Of a stretch of 64,000 nucleotides of DNA, positions 7,704 through 16,813 are shown in pieces. The first letter of the stretch is position 1, and each line of letters starts with the position of its first letter. The DNA comes from Melioribacteraceae bacterium. GTDB taxonomy: Bacteria; Bacteroidota; Ignavibacteria; Ignavibacteriales; Melioribacteraceae. A program made the position numbers and the translations under genes. The DNA lies in assembly GCA_026983955.1 (NCBI GenBank), contig JALSTB010000013.1, positions 17,720 to 81,719 on the forward strand, read 5' to 3'. The notes beneath the pieces were generated by a model. It searched no databases. It was not told the DNA's origin and saw only the letters and a list, made by a program, of their open reading frames with translations.

Positions 7704-9003
7704 CGTTTGTCTCCGTTCTGTTTTTCTCGATGTTAATTAATTCCGTACCGGCAAGGTATTCTATGGTAAATAAGTTTTTGTAATAATCAGTTCTTATTTT
7801 GGCAAGCTCGGTTTTGATGTTAAGAATATCGTTTTCCGCTTTAATTACATTGGCAAAATCGATTTTACCTACTTGGTAATCGGCTATTGCTGCTTTGTAA
7901 GCCTGTTGTGCTTGTGGCAAAAGCTGGTCTGTGATTAATTCTTCACGATTGAACATTTCCAATAATTTCGAATTCACCGTACCGAAAGTTTGTTGCAACT
8001 TTTGAACGGCAAGATTATATTGTTCATTGTATAGCGAGCCCAAATGTACCGCCCGGTTTACTTGTTCGGTTTTTTTGCCTCCATAATTGATAGGCAGCGA
8101 TATTCCAACCAATACCGAAAAGAAATCGACAAAATCCGTTGATGTAACCGAATTGTAATCCCTTTGGGAATATTGAAGTCCAAGTTTGAAATTGGGATAG
8201 AAAGAATATTCCGCTTGTTCCTTCATCAGCTGTGCTTTTTTTACCGATAATTTCAAACTTTGCAACTGAGGCCGGTTTTCCGTTGCAATTCTCACCAGTG
8301 ACTCTGTTGATGTTTCTAAAAATTTTATCGGTTGAATCTTTCCGGTTTGAATTTCTCCGGTTCCGTTTCTTAATAGATAAGCGTTGAGTTTTGCAAGTAA
8401 TGCTCTTTCTTCCGATTTCAATGATTCGATTTTATCTTTAACACGCGTGATTTGAACTTCCACTTGTACAAGGTTTTGCAGACTGGCACTACCCACATCG
8501 TATTTTTGTCTTACAACATCGGATATTTGCTTTAACAAGCCAATACTTTCATTTGCGAATCTGATATTTTCCCTTACGAACTGAAGTGAAAAGTAGAGTC
8601 CGGCAACTTCTTTACGAATTTTATTTTTTAAATCTATAATGTTTTGCCGGATAATTGAGGTATCAACCGCTTTAACACCGGCAGCGGAACTTAATGCGCC
8701 CGGAAACGGAATGGCTTGCGTTAGCCCGATGACTTTTCCCGTCATAGGTTCTTGTGTAAAAGAGAAAGAATTCACAGGTAAATTTGCCAAACCCAAAGTT
8801 AATACCGGATCGGGTAAATTTGTACCGATTTCAATCTGAGATTTGGCCACTCTGTATTTTGCTTCTAGCATTTTAATTTCCGGACTTACCGAAATAGCTT
8901 TGTTAATTAACCATTCCAAATCTTGCTTGTCTGGTGTTTTGTTTTGCGCATTAATAACCGACAATGCCGCTATTAATAGCACAATCAGAATTTTTGAGTT
9001 CAT
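7693..9003 (-). CDS. TolC-family outer-membrane efflux factor of the Cus-type pump
   Basis: 436 aa with signal peptide MNSKILIVLLIAALSVINAQ. It shows a two-fold repeated coiled-coil/barrel pattern typical of OMF proteins. Its stop overlaps the cusB start by 11 nt. Confidence 0.9.
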   Translation of the reverse strand: MNSKILIVLLIAALSVINAQNKTPDKQDLEWLINKAISVSPEIKMLEAKYRVAKSQIEIGTNLPDPVLTLGLANLPVNSFSFTQEPMTGKVIGLTQAIPFPGALSSAAGVKAVDTSIIRQNIIDLKNKIRKEVAGLYFSLQFVRENIRFANESIGLLKQISDVVRQKYDVGSASLQNLVQVEVQITRVKDKIESLKSEERALLAKLNAYLLRNGTGEIQTGKIQPIKFLETSTESLVRIATENRPQLQSLKLSVKKAQLMKEQAEYSFYPNFKLGLQYSQRDYNSVTSTDFVDFFSVLVGISLPINYGGKKTEQVNRAVHLGSLYNEQYNLAVQKLQQTFGTVNSKLLEMFNREELITDQLLPQAQQAYKAAIADYQVGKIDFANVIKAENDILNIKTELAKIRTDYYKNLFTIEYLAGTELINIEKNRTETNDEE

Positions 9004-9103
9004 TTTTCCCTCAAAGATTTATTGTTCTAAAAATATTTTGTTAAAGCTGCGTATTAAAGCTGCTGGTTGTAACCAGGTTTAACAGGGAATTAAACGGGAT
9101 TGA

Positions 9104-9559
9104 TTAAATCAAAAAGGAATGTACGGCAAGGTATATTGGTGTTTTATATTCATTAAACAAGCGACCGGAATTTTCAGTAGAAATAAATTCTTTTCTTTCG
9201 CTTGTCAAATTAAAAGTAAAAACCACAACAAAACTTTGTTCGGAATTATATTTTGGAGTGATGACAAAGTTATTCGTGTCATTTAAATTTTTAACAATCA
9301 TGCAATTGTCATGAGTTAATTCCATGTCGCATGATTGATTTCCTAAGGATGAAAAATCCATGCCGGAATCGCAGCAATTATGTTCACCTTCGTGCATTTC
9401 CATTGAACATGTATGTGTTTCGTTGTATTCCATTGTGCAAGTTCCCGTGCACCGGTTTTGCGGAATGGCAAATAATAAAGGTGAAGCGGCGAAGTATAGC
9501 AGTAATAAAACCGCTACGGCTTTTTTAAGTTTTTCCGGTATGTAATAATTTAATTTCAT
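9104..9559 (-). CDS. Secreted Cys/His/Met-rich protein, first gene of the cus locus
   Basis: I chose the internal Met (MKLNYYIPEKLKKAVAVLLLLYFAASPLLFA) as the start, because the ORF track extends to 9607. After the hydrophobic segment come 7 Cys and 4 His in about 55 residues: CTGTCTMEYNETHTCSMEMHEGEHNCCDSGMDFSSLGNQSCDMELTHDNC. Confidence 0.6.
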   Translation of the reverse strand: MKLNYYIPEKLKKAVAVLLLLYFAASPLLFAIPQNRCTGTCTMEYNETHTCSMEMHEGEHNCCDSGMDFSSLGNQSCDMELTHDNCMIVKNLNDTNNFVITPKYNSEQSFVVVFTFNLTSERKEFISTENSGRLFNEYKTPIYLAVHSFLI

Positions 9560-9686
9560 CAATAGTCGAATTATTGTTAATTTCAAACGCAATATAGTAT
9601 GAGGCAATAAAACAAGCGTTATACAATTTTGGAAAAATGTTACAGAATTTTAATGTGAATTCTTTTACCAAAGTAAAAAAAATAAA

Positions 9687-10631
9687 TCAAATAAGCGAAT
9701 TTATTTTTAGAATTATTATCCCTACGCTTATTGTGATTATGGAAAACAGTGTTGAAACAACAATAATATCGCCTGCCAATTTTGAATTGCCGCCCATGGC
9801 TTCGGCCATTATAAAAGATGCAATAGCGGTTGGACTTGCAAACAGTATAAACAATATTACCATTTCGTTCGAATCGAAATGAAGAAGTATTCCGGTAAAT
9901 ACTGCAATTACAGGGAAAAGAACAATTTTGTTAAACATTACTATGAATGAAATTTTAGAAGCTCCTTTTAATCTTTTTAAGTTTAATGACGCACCTATAC
10001 TTATTAAAGCAAGCGGAAGTGCAATTTTAGCAAGGTAAGTTAATGTTGTTGTAACAACAGAACCAAGTTGTATGTGAAATATTGAAAATGGAGCTGCAAA
10101 AAAAGCAGCCAAAATTAATGGATTCTTTCCAATTTCTTTTACCGTTTGAAGATAATCATATTCTTTTTCATTTTTGAACGGAACGGTTAATGCTATAACG
10201 GCAAGAACATTGTATAGCGGCATTACAAAAGCTAAAACAAGCGAAGCTTTTCCTAATTGTTGTTCTCCAATCAGATTTGCAATTAATGCCAAACCGATAA
10301 TAGCAAAATTACTACGGAAACTTCCTTGAATGAAAACTCCTTTATCCGCCGGCGTTTTGGTAAATATGGAAGATAAACCCCAACTTATTGCTGCAATTGT
10401 AAGAACTAAAATTAAAGATGTTAAAATTAGCTTGCCGTCAAATGCCTTTGTAATTGTTATGGTTGCTATCTTTAAAAAGATTAATGCAGGTAAAGATACC
10501 GTGAAAACAAACTTTGAGCTCTGGGAGACAAACAGGCCGTTTACCAATTTAACTTGTTTTAAAAAATTGCCAATTATTATCAGCAAAAAAATAGGAGAAA
10601 CGATATTAATGGTAAATAGAATTATTGACAT
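9687..10631 (-). CDS. AEC (auxin efflux carrier) family permease
   Basis: 314 aa, about 10 TM segments and a two-halves architecture. The N-terminus MSIILFTINIVSPIFLLIIIGNFLK is typical of AEC/YfdV-like proteins. Confidence 0.8.
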   Translation of the reverse strand: MSIILFTINIVSPIFLLIIIGNFLKQVKLVNGLFVSQSSKFVFTVSLPALIFLKIATITITKAFDGKLILTSLILVLTIAAISWGLSSIFTKTPADKGVFIQGSFRSNFAIIGLALIANLIGEQQLGKASLVLAFVMPLYNVLAVIALTVPFKNEKEYDYLQTVKEIGKNPLILAAFFAAPFSIFHIQLGSVVTTTLTYLAKIALPLALISIGASLNLKRLKGASKISFIVMFNKIVLFPVIAVFTGILLHFDSNEMVILFILFASPTAIASFIMAEAMGGNSKLAGDIIVVSTLFSIITISVGIIILKINSLI

Positions 10632-10848
10632 GACGGTTCAAATCTTTTAACGCAATTTAAAAGTGTTGTTTTGTAAAAATAGCAATTAATTAGGACAGCA
10701 GGGAAGGGAAATCCATATTAATTAATTAAATTACAATGACGATTTAATAAAAAGTTCTGACCTCTTCCGATAAATTAAAGATGCTTTAATATTATTTAAT
10801 ATAATATTTAACATAAAACTGTAATTTGTTTTTATTGCCGGAGTAAAA

Positions 10849-11919
10849 ATGAAATTCAAAAGTCAATTATTTGACTTTGTTTTTAGAGAATGGCTGCTCA
10901 TTATTTCTGCTTTTAGCTTTTTACTAATATCAATTTATGTTAATCAATTACCTTCTTACTCAATACAAGAAATAGAAATACTTTTAATCCTTTTTGCTCT
11001 TTTTGTGACAATTAAAGGGTTCGAGAATAGCGGATTGGTACTGAAAATATCAAAAATTGTTGAGGGAAGTAACTTTGTCGGGTTAAAATTAATTTTATTG
11101 ACTTTTGTTTTGTCCATGTTAGTTACAAATGATGTTGCGTTAATTTTTATAGTACCCTTAACGTTAAAAATTAATTTTAACAAAAAAGATATGATGATTA
11201 TTTTGGAAGCATTGGCAGCAAATGCCGGTTCTGCGCTCACTCCCATCGGAAATCCTCAAAATTTATTTATTTACTGGAATTATAACCTAAAACCGGGACA
11301 GTTTATATCTTCAATATGGTTATTCTCATTTGTTTTTATATTCATTTTATGTTTAACCACTTTTTTGTTGAAAATTAATTCGGATATTTCCGGGCAAACA
11401 TCGTCAAACGGAATAAATAAACTGTCTGTTAGTTATGCCATCTTGTTCGTGTTGGTCATATTAATTGTAGTTCATGCAATACCCGTATATGCAATTTCGT
11501 TTGTTTTTTTATTTGTGTTGTTGTTTGACCGAATAAGTTTAAAAATCGATTATTTATTATTACTGACATTCTTCTTCTTTTTCGGTTTCGCTGAAAATCT
11601 TAAATTTGTGTTAGCCTCGGAAATAAAACATTCGGGACATGTATTTATATTATCGGCTCTTTTAAGTCAAGTAATCAGCAATGTTCCGGCAACGCTAATA
11701 TTCGCAAAATTTACTTCTCATTGGAAAGCTTTATTGTGGGGGAGTAATGCCGGGGGATTCGGCAGTTTATTTGGTTCTTTAGCCAATTTAATAGCCTATC
11801 GATTATATGCTGCAAATGTCAATAACGGTAATATCAAAAATTTCACATTAAAATTTATCGGAATTGGTTACATAGCATTTTTTATTGGTGCCGGGTTATA
11901 TTTTTTCTTTATAGTCTGA
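10849..11919 (+). CDS. ArsB/NhaD-superfamily (SLC13/CitMHS-like) anion permease
   Basis: 356 aa polytopic membrane protein. It carries the motif GSALTPIGNPQNLFIY, characteristic of ArsB/NhaD-type permeases. A GGAG RBS is present. Confidence 0.7.
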   Translation: MKFKSQLFDFVFREWLLIISAFSFLLISIYVNQLPSYSIQEIEILLILFALFVTIKGFENSGLVLKISKIVEGSNFVGLKLILLTFVLSMLVTNDVALIFIVPLTLKINFNKKDMMIILEALAANAGSALTPIGNPQNLFIYWNYNLKPGQFISSIWLFSFVFIFILCLTTFLLKINSDISGQTSSNGINKLSVSYAILFVLVILIVVHAIPVYAISFVFLFVLLFDRISLKIDYLLLLTFFFFFGFAENLKFVLASEIKHSGHVFILSALLSQVISNVPATLIFAKFTSHWKALLWGSNAGGFGSLFGSLANLIAYRLYAANVNNGNIKNFTLKFIGIGYIAFFIGAGLYFFFIV

Positions 11920-12084
11920 AAGTATAGGATTTATATTTATTTTTTTAAAGTAAAGTTATAGTTGTTTTCTTTTTATAACATAACTGAAGTGTTGTCAATT
12001 CTATATTTGTATGAAATATAATCCCACTGAAATTTGTTAAATTTATATATTGATTTAATTTATTGATATAAAGGAATATTTTAA

Positions 12085-12879
12085 TTGAAGATTCTTTTAC
12101 TAAGCATATTATTATTCGTTGCGGCGCTTTTAGCCAGTTTTTTCGGTCAAGGAGGCGGTGTATTATATACACCAATTCAAATATTATTGGGAGTCCCGTT
12201 TCAAACGGCGGCTGCTACAAGTTTATTTTTAATAATGGTCATAGCATTTTCCTCTACACTTGTATATCGTAAAGCGCATACGGTTGATTGGCAAATGGCT
12301 GCCATTATGGAAATACCTACTACCATAGGTGCTTTTATCGGAGGTTTTATTTCAGGTTATTTCCCGGAAAGAATACTAGTATTTATTTTATCCGGTCTTT
12401 TATTAACCGGAGCTTTTGCATTGAACCGCTATCATTCCCCGGCAAGTATTGAAAAAAAAGAAAGGAATGGTTTTTGGATTTGGACCCGTGAAATGAACGG
12501 TATAAAATACCATATTAACATTTTATTATTGATTCCCGTAACTCTTTTGGTAGGTTTCTTAACAAGCATAGTGGGAATAGGCGGTGGACCAATTAAAGTG
12601 CCAATGATGGTTTTGCTTTTTGGCGTACCAATGGATATTGCAATCGGTTCAAGCGCTTTTATGGTTGGTCTTACTGCTACAGCCGGATTTATCGGACATG
12701 CAGCGATTGGCCATTGGGACTGGAAAATTTCGCTAATTCTTGCAATACCTGTTTTTATCGGTGGGCAATTCGGAAGCCATTTTTCCACTCATCTTAAAAA
12801 AGAAAAATTACAGAAGTGGTTCAGCTGGTTTTTGATTCTTATAGCCGTTCTGATATTTATTCAGAAGGTAAATATTTAA
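12085..12879 (+). CDS. TSUP (TauE/SafE) family sulfite/organosulfonate-type exporter
   Basis: 264 aa with a TTG start. It has two 4-TM repeats, each with a Gly-rich motif (FFGQGGGVLYTP; IVGIGGGPIKVP). Confidence 0.8.
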   Translation: MKILLLSILLFVAALLASFFGQGGGVLYTPIQILLGVPFQTAAATSLFLIMVIAFSSTLVYRKAHTVDWQMAAIMEIPTTIGAFIGGFISGYFPERILVFILSGLLLTGAFALNRYHSPASIEKKERNGFWIWTREMNGIKYHINILLLIPVTLLVGFLTSIVGIGGGPIKVPMMVLLFGVPMDIAIGSSAFMVGLTATAGFIGHAAIGHWDWKISLILAIPVFIGGQFGSHFSTHLKKEKLQKWFSWFLILIAVLIFIQKVNI

Positions 12880-13095
12880 TAAATTAATATTAAGAAATTA
12901 TAAAATCGAATCATTATATTATGCTTTTACCCACAAGGCAATATTTGCAACAATTCCGTCTACCGGCATATAAAGTTCACTAAAACTGGGATTATTGTAT
13001 GGCGGTTTAACAATTTCATCATATTTGCTTTGCCGTTCGTCTGGTTTATTTTCAATAATCAAAATAATAACTTATTATAAATATTAAATCAACAA

Positions 13096-15318
13096 TTAAA
13101 TTTTCGCTCTTTTCAATCTTAAAGAATTGCTGATTACCGAAACCGAACTCATGGACATTGCACCTGCGCCAATCATCGGGTTTAGAAAACCTAGTGCCGC
13201 AAACGGAATACCAATCGAATTGTAAACAAACGCCCAAAACAAATTTTGTTTGATTGTTTTAATGGTTGCATGCGATAATTTTATAGCGGAAACCACCGCA
13301 GTCAGTTCACCTTTTATTAATGTAATATCCGATGATTCTATGGCAACATCGGTACCGGTACCAATGGCAATACCAAGATCGGCAGCAGCGAGAGCGGGAG
13401 AATCGTTAATGCCGTCGCCAACCATTGCAACAATTTCACCTTTACTTTGTAAATCTTTTATTATTTTTGATTTCCCGCCCGGTAATACTCCGGCATAATA
13501 ATTATCGAGTCCAACTTTTTCAGCTATGCTTTTGGCGGTTATTTCGTTGTCGCCGGTAACCATATAAACTTTAATACCCATTTGTTTTAATTTTTTAATG
13601 GCTCCGGCAGATGAGGATTTTACAGGATCGGCTATTCCGATAATACCGGCGAGCTTTCCATTGACCGCTACAAAAACAACGGATTTCCCTTCGGAGCTTA
13701 TTGCATTGTAAATCTCTTTTTTATCAATTGTTCGGATATTGTTATTTTCCAGGAAACTTCTGTTACCAATAAATAACTCGTAACCGTTCACTGTAGCGCC
13801 GATTCCGTGACCTTCAAAATTTTTAAAGTGGGAAATTTTTCCGGGTTCAATTTTTCTATCTTTACAATATCTTGTAATCGCTTCCGCAAGAGGATGTTCG
13901 GATCTGTTTTCTGCGGTAAATAATAAACTTAAAAAAGTATTACGGTCGATTCCGAATGTATGAATATCGGTAACCACAGGATTTCCTTCTGTTATAGTAC
14001 CGGTTTTGTCAAACACAACAGCGGTTATCTTGTGAGCTTTTTCGAGGCTTTCGCCGTTCTTAATTAAAATTCCGTTTTGTGCACCCAATCCGGTTCCAAC
14101 CATAATTGCCGTTGGGGTTGCAAGCCCCATTGCACAAGGACAAGCGATAATCATAACAGCGACAAAATTAATCAATGCCGTGTTGAACGATGATGTTTCC
14201 GGAATAATCAACCATCCGAAAAAAGTAAGCGCCGCAATACCGATCACCACGGGGATAAAAACCGCCGCTACTTTATCCGCTATTTTTTGAATTGGTGCCT
14301 TGCTTGCCTGGGCTTCTTCAACCAAGCGGATAATTTGTCCTAAAACGGAATTATCACCCAGTTCCGAAACTTCATATACAAAGGTACCGCTTTTGTTAAG
14401 TGTACCGCCGATAACCGCCGAACCTTTACTTTTTTCTACAGGTAAACTTTCACCTGTTAACATTGATTCGTCAACCGAAGAGTAGCCGTCTAAAATTTTT
14501 CCATCTGACGGAATTTTTTCTCCGGGTTTAACAATTACTTTATCCCCGGTTTTTAAATCATTTAAGTCAATCTTTTGTTCAACTCCACCAACTATCACTG
14601 TTGCTTGTTTCGGTTTCAGTTCCAGCAATTTTTTTATTGCAGAATTTGTTTTGCTTTTGGCTCTACTTTCCAGAACTTTGCCGAGAAGAATTAGTGAAAT
14701 GATTACAGTTGCCGTATCGAAATAAACATGAGAAACATTTTGTTCATTTAACCAAGAAGGGAAAAGGGTAATAACTGTACTGTAAATAAATGCAGCACCG
14801 GTTCCTATTGCTACAAGCGAATCCATGTTTACGGAAAAGTGTTTTATATTTGTCCAAAACGATGAATAAAATCGTTTACCTGAAATAAATATTACCGGCG
14901 TGGTTAGAATCAATAAAATTTTGTTTGTGTAATCATCTGAAAAAGTCCAAAATTCCCGGAAGAATTCAAAACCTCTTAGCATGCTTATAAGAAAGACGGG
15001 CAAAGTAAAGATTAATGCAAAGCGAAAGCTCTTTTTTAATTCGGAGTAATGCTCGTCTTGAAGGGATATTTCTTCGACGTTATCCGCTGCACTGCTTGTG
15101 CCGTCAAGCACTTGTTCGGTTCGTAATTTATAACCGTATTTTTCAACGGCTTTTGCCGCAACGGATAAATCGATATCCGATTTACTCTCTATTGTTACTT
15201 TCTCGGTTGCCAAATTTACGGAAACATTCTCTATGCCTTCGATTTTTCTAAGGGATTTTTCCACTCTTGCGGCACAGCTTGCACAAGTCATTCCTTCAAC
15301 CGGTAAATTGTATTTCAT
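13096..15318 (-). CDS. copA: Copper-translocating P1B-1-type ATPase
   Basis: 740 aa with an N-terminal HMA domain, [15 protein letters not shown]. It has the TM6 CPC motif ([13 protein letters not shown]), [18 protein letters not shown], the TM7 YN motif (FVYNSIGIP) and the TM8 MSxSS-like motif (AMSMSSVSV). Confidence 0.95.
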   Translation of the reverse strand: MKYNLPVEGMTCASCAARVEKSLRKIEGIENVSVNLATEKVTIESKSDIDLSVAAKAVEKYGYKLRTEQVLDGTSSAADNVEEISLQDEHYSELKKSFRFALIFTLPVFLISMLRGFEFFREFWTFSDDYTNKILLILTTPVIFISGKRFYSSFWTNIKHFSVNMDSLVAIGTGAAFIYSTVITLFPSWLNEQNVSHVYFDTATVIISLILLGKVLESRAKSKTNSAIKKLLELKPKQATVIVGGVEQKIDLNDLKTGDKVIVKPGEKIPSDGKILDGYSSVDESMLTGESLPVEKSKGSAVIGGTLNKSGTFVYEVSELGDNSVLGQIIRLVEEAQASKAPIQKIADKVAAVFIPVVIGIAALTFFGWLIIPETSSFNTALINFVAVMIIACPCAMGLATPTAIMVGTGLGAQNGILIKNGESLEKAHKITAVVFDKTGTITEGNPVVTDIHTFGIDRNTFLSLLFTAENRSEHPLAEAITRYCKDRKIEPGKISHFKNFEGHGIGATVNGYELFIGNRSFLENNNIRTIDKKEIYNAISSEGKSVVFVAVNGKLAGIIGIADPVKSSSAGAIKKLKQMGIKVYMVTGDNEITAKSIAEKVGLDNYYAGVLPGGKSKIIKDLQSKGEIVAMVGDGINDSPALAAADLGIAIGTGTDVAIESSDITLIKGELTAVVSAIKLSHATIKTIKQNLFWAFVYNSIGIPFAALGFLNPMIGAGAMSMSSVSVISNSLRLKRAKI

Positions 15319-15341
15319 TTTATCAACGTGGTATTTTTTAA

Positions 15342-15542
15342 TTAATTAGCTACTTGGTAACCGGCTTCGGTAATAGCGTTGATTATTTGCTCTTCGGAAA
15401 TTTTATTTTCATCCCATTCAACTACAGCAGAGCCGATTTCAACTTCGTGTGAATAAACACCAAGTTCTTCCAGTTCCACTTCAACTGCTTTCACACAATG
15501 ATGGCAAGTCATTCCGTTAATCTTGAATTCTTTTTTTACCAT
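15342..15542 (-). CDS. copZ: CopZ-type copper chaperone (HMA domain)
   Basis: 66 aa with the motif [14 protein letters not shown]. It lies immediately upstream of copA on the same strand. Confidence 0.9.
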   Translation of the reverse strand: MVKKEFKINGMTCHHCVKAVEVELEELGVYSHEVEIGSAVVEWDENKISEEQIINAITEAGYQVAN

Positions 15543-15758
15543 GATTTATCTCCTTTTTTTTACATGAGAAAAATAACACCGTATATTTTATGAAGCGTTA
15601 TATTATTTTAAGAAAATGTTATAATATTTTAACATTCGTATCACCTTCACCTTCGCTTGGCTGATAGGGCAATTTTTTTTGGCGTGCATTTAAATCCGAT
15701 TATTATTAATTTGGAATCCAACCTAAAGTAAACCGGTCAATTTATCTTATTTTGCTTA

Positions 15759-16637
15759 ATGACTCGACTTCAACACAAAATATATATATCGTTCTTCGTT
15801 CTTGTAACAATTGGTGTGACTGCATGGTTGATTTATTATGGTTATCCGTATTATTCACTTCCTGTTGAAGAACGATTTTTCTCACCTCTTCACAATCAAC
15901 TTAAACCCGGTGGATTTACCGGGCATGGAATCGGCATTATCGGTTCACTTTTGATGTTAATCGGCGTTGCCGTGTATATGATTAGAAAACGTGTAAAATA
16001 TTTTCACCGTTTCGGAATACTTAAACACTGGCTTGAATTTCATATTTTCTTATGCACGTTAGGTCCGATACTCATAGTTTTTCATACATCGTTCAAATTC
16101 GGCGGACTCGTTGCCGTTAGTTTTTGGAGTATGGTTGCAGTGTTTTTAAGCGGTATAGTCGGGCGGTTTATTTATGTAAGAATTCCCCGGACAATCGAAG
16201 GTGTGGAACTGGATTTGAGACAAGTCCAACAAATAAATGATGAGCTATCGGTGAAATTACGAAATTACTACAATGTCAAAGATGATATTTTACTTGAGAT
16301 TGAGAATATAACAAACAGAAGGCACAAGGGAACGCTCTCGGCAGCTAACATTTTTTTTATAATTGTTAAAGATTTTTTCATTAGAAGGAAAAACATCCGG
16401 ACGATAACAGGCAAACTTAAAAGTTCCGGGGTTTCCAAGAAAAAAATTGCAGAAATAAAATTGTTAGTAAAACAAAAAATGCTTTTAAACAACAGAATTG
16501 AATATCTAAGAGTACTTCAAAATATATTCAAGTTTTGGCATATCGTACATTTGCCGTTCGCCTTAATTATGTTGGTGATAATGATTATTCACATCGGTGT
16601 GGCAATTGCTTTTGGATACGTCTGGATATTCAATTAA
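15759..16637 (+). CDS. Polytopic membrane protein with two bis-His helices, putative di-heme b-type transmembrane cytochrome
   Basis: 292 aa with about 5 TM segments. The TM3 pair is H-IFLCTLGPILIVF-H and the last-TM pair is H-LPFALIMLVIMII-H, each with exactly 13 intervening residues. A Lys/Arg-rich helical loop of about 120 aa separates TM4 and TM5. Confidence 0.65.
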   Translation: MTRLQHKIYISFFVLVTIGVTAWLIYYGYPYYSLPVEERFFSPLHNQLKPGGFTGHGIGIIGSLLMLIGVAVYMIRKRVKYFHRFGILKHWLEFHIFLCTLGPILIVFHTSFKFGGLVAVSFWSMVAVFLSGIVGRFIYVRIPRTIEGVELDLRQVQQINDELSVKLRNYYNVKDDILLEIENITNRRHKGTLSAANIFFIIVKDFFIRRKNIRTITGKLKSSGVSKKKIAEIKLLVKQKMLLNNRIEYLRVLQNIFKFWHIVHLPFALIMLVIMIIHIGVAIAFGYVWIFN

Positions 16638-16813
16638 TTAACAAATTTTCAAGGGCGCTAAACATTAGGTAAAAAATACCGATTAATATACGATTATAGG
16701 ACATATTGTATCATTTTAGATTTATAAATCGGATAACAAATCGTTTTTTGCAATGAAAAAGCGGGTATTTCTGTGGCACTTTTATTGTTTTACCAAAATA
16801 GATAGTTTATAAA

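Noticed and set aside
12919-13062. 47-codon minus-strand ORF downstream of copA (TTG start; ...KPPYNNPSFSELYMPVDGIVANIALWVKA), considered as a CcoS/FixS-like small partner of the P-type ATPase
   Set aside because: It has no TM helix like CcoS, no RBS, a TTG start only and no recognisable motif. In AT-rich DNA this could easily be a chance ORF.
15642-15654. CACCTTCACCTTC in the copZ / di-heme-gene divergent promoter region, reminiscent of the ACCTTCC half-site of CueR-type operators
   Set aside because: It is a direct repeat and not the dyad expected for MerR-family operators. No MerR-family gene is present in the window.
16753-16812. 19-codon upstream ORF (MKKRVFLWHFYCFTKIDSL) ending 1 nt before the ATG of the FeS-flavoprotein gene, considered as a leader peptide
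   Set aside because: It is too short and unsupported. It has no RBS and no obvious attenuator structure. Only conservation or ribosome profiling could rescue it.
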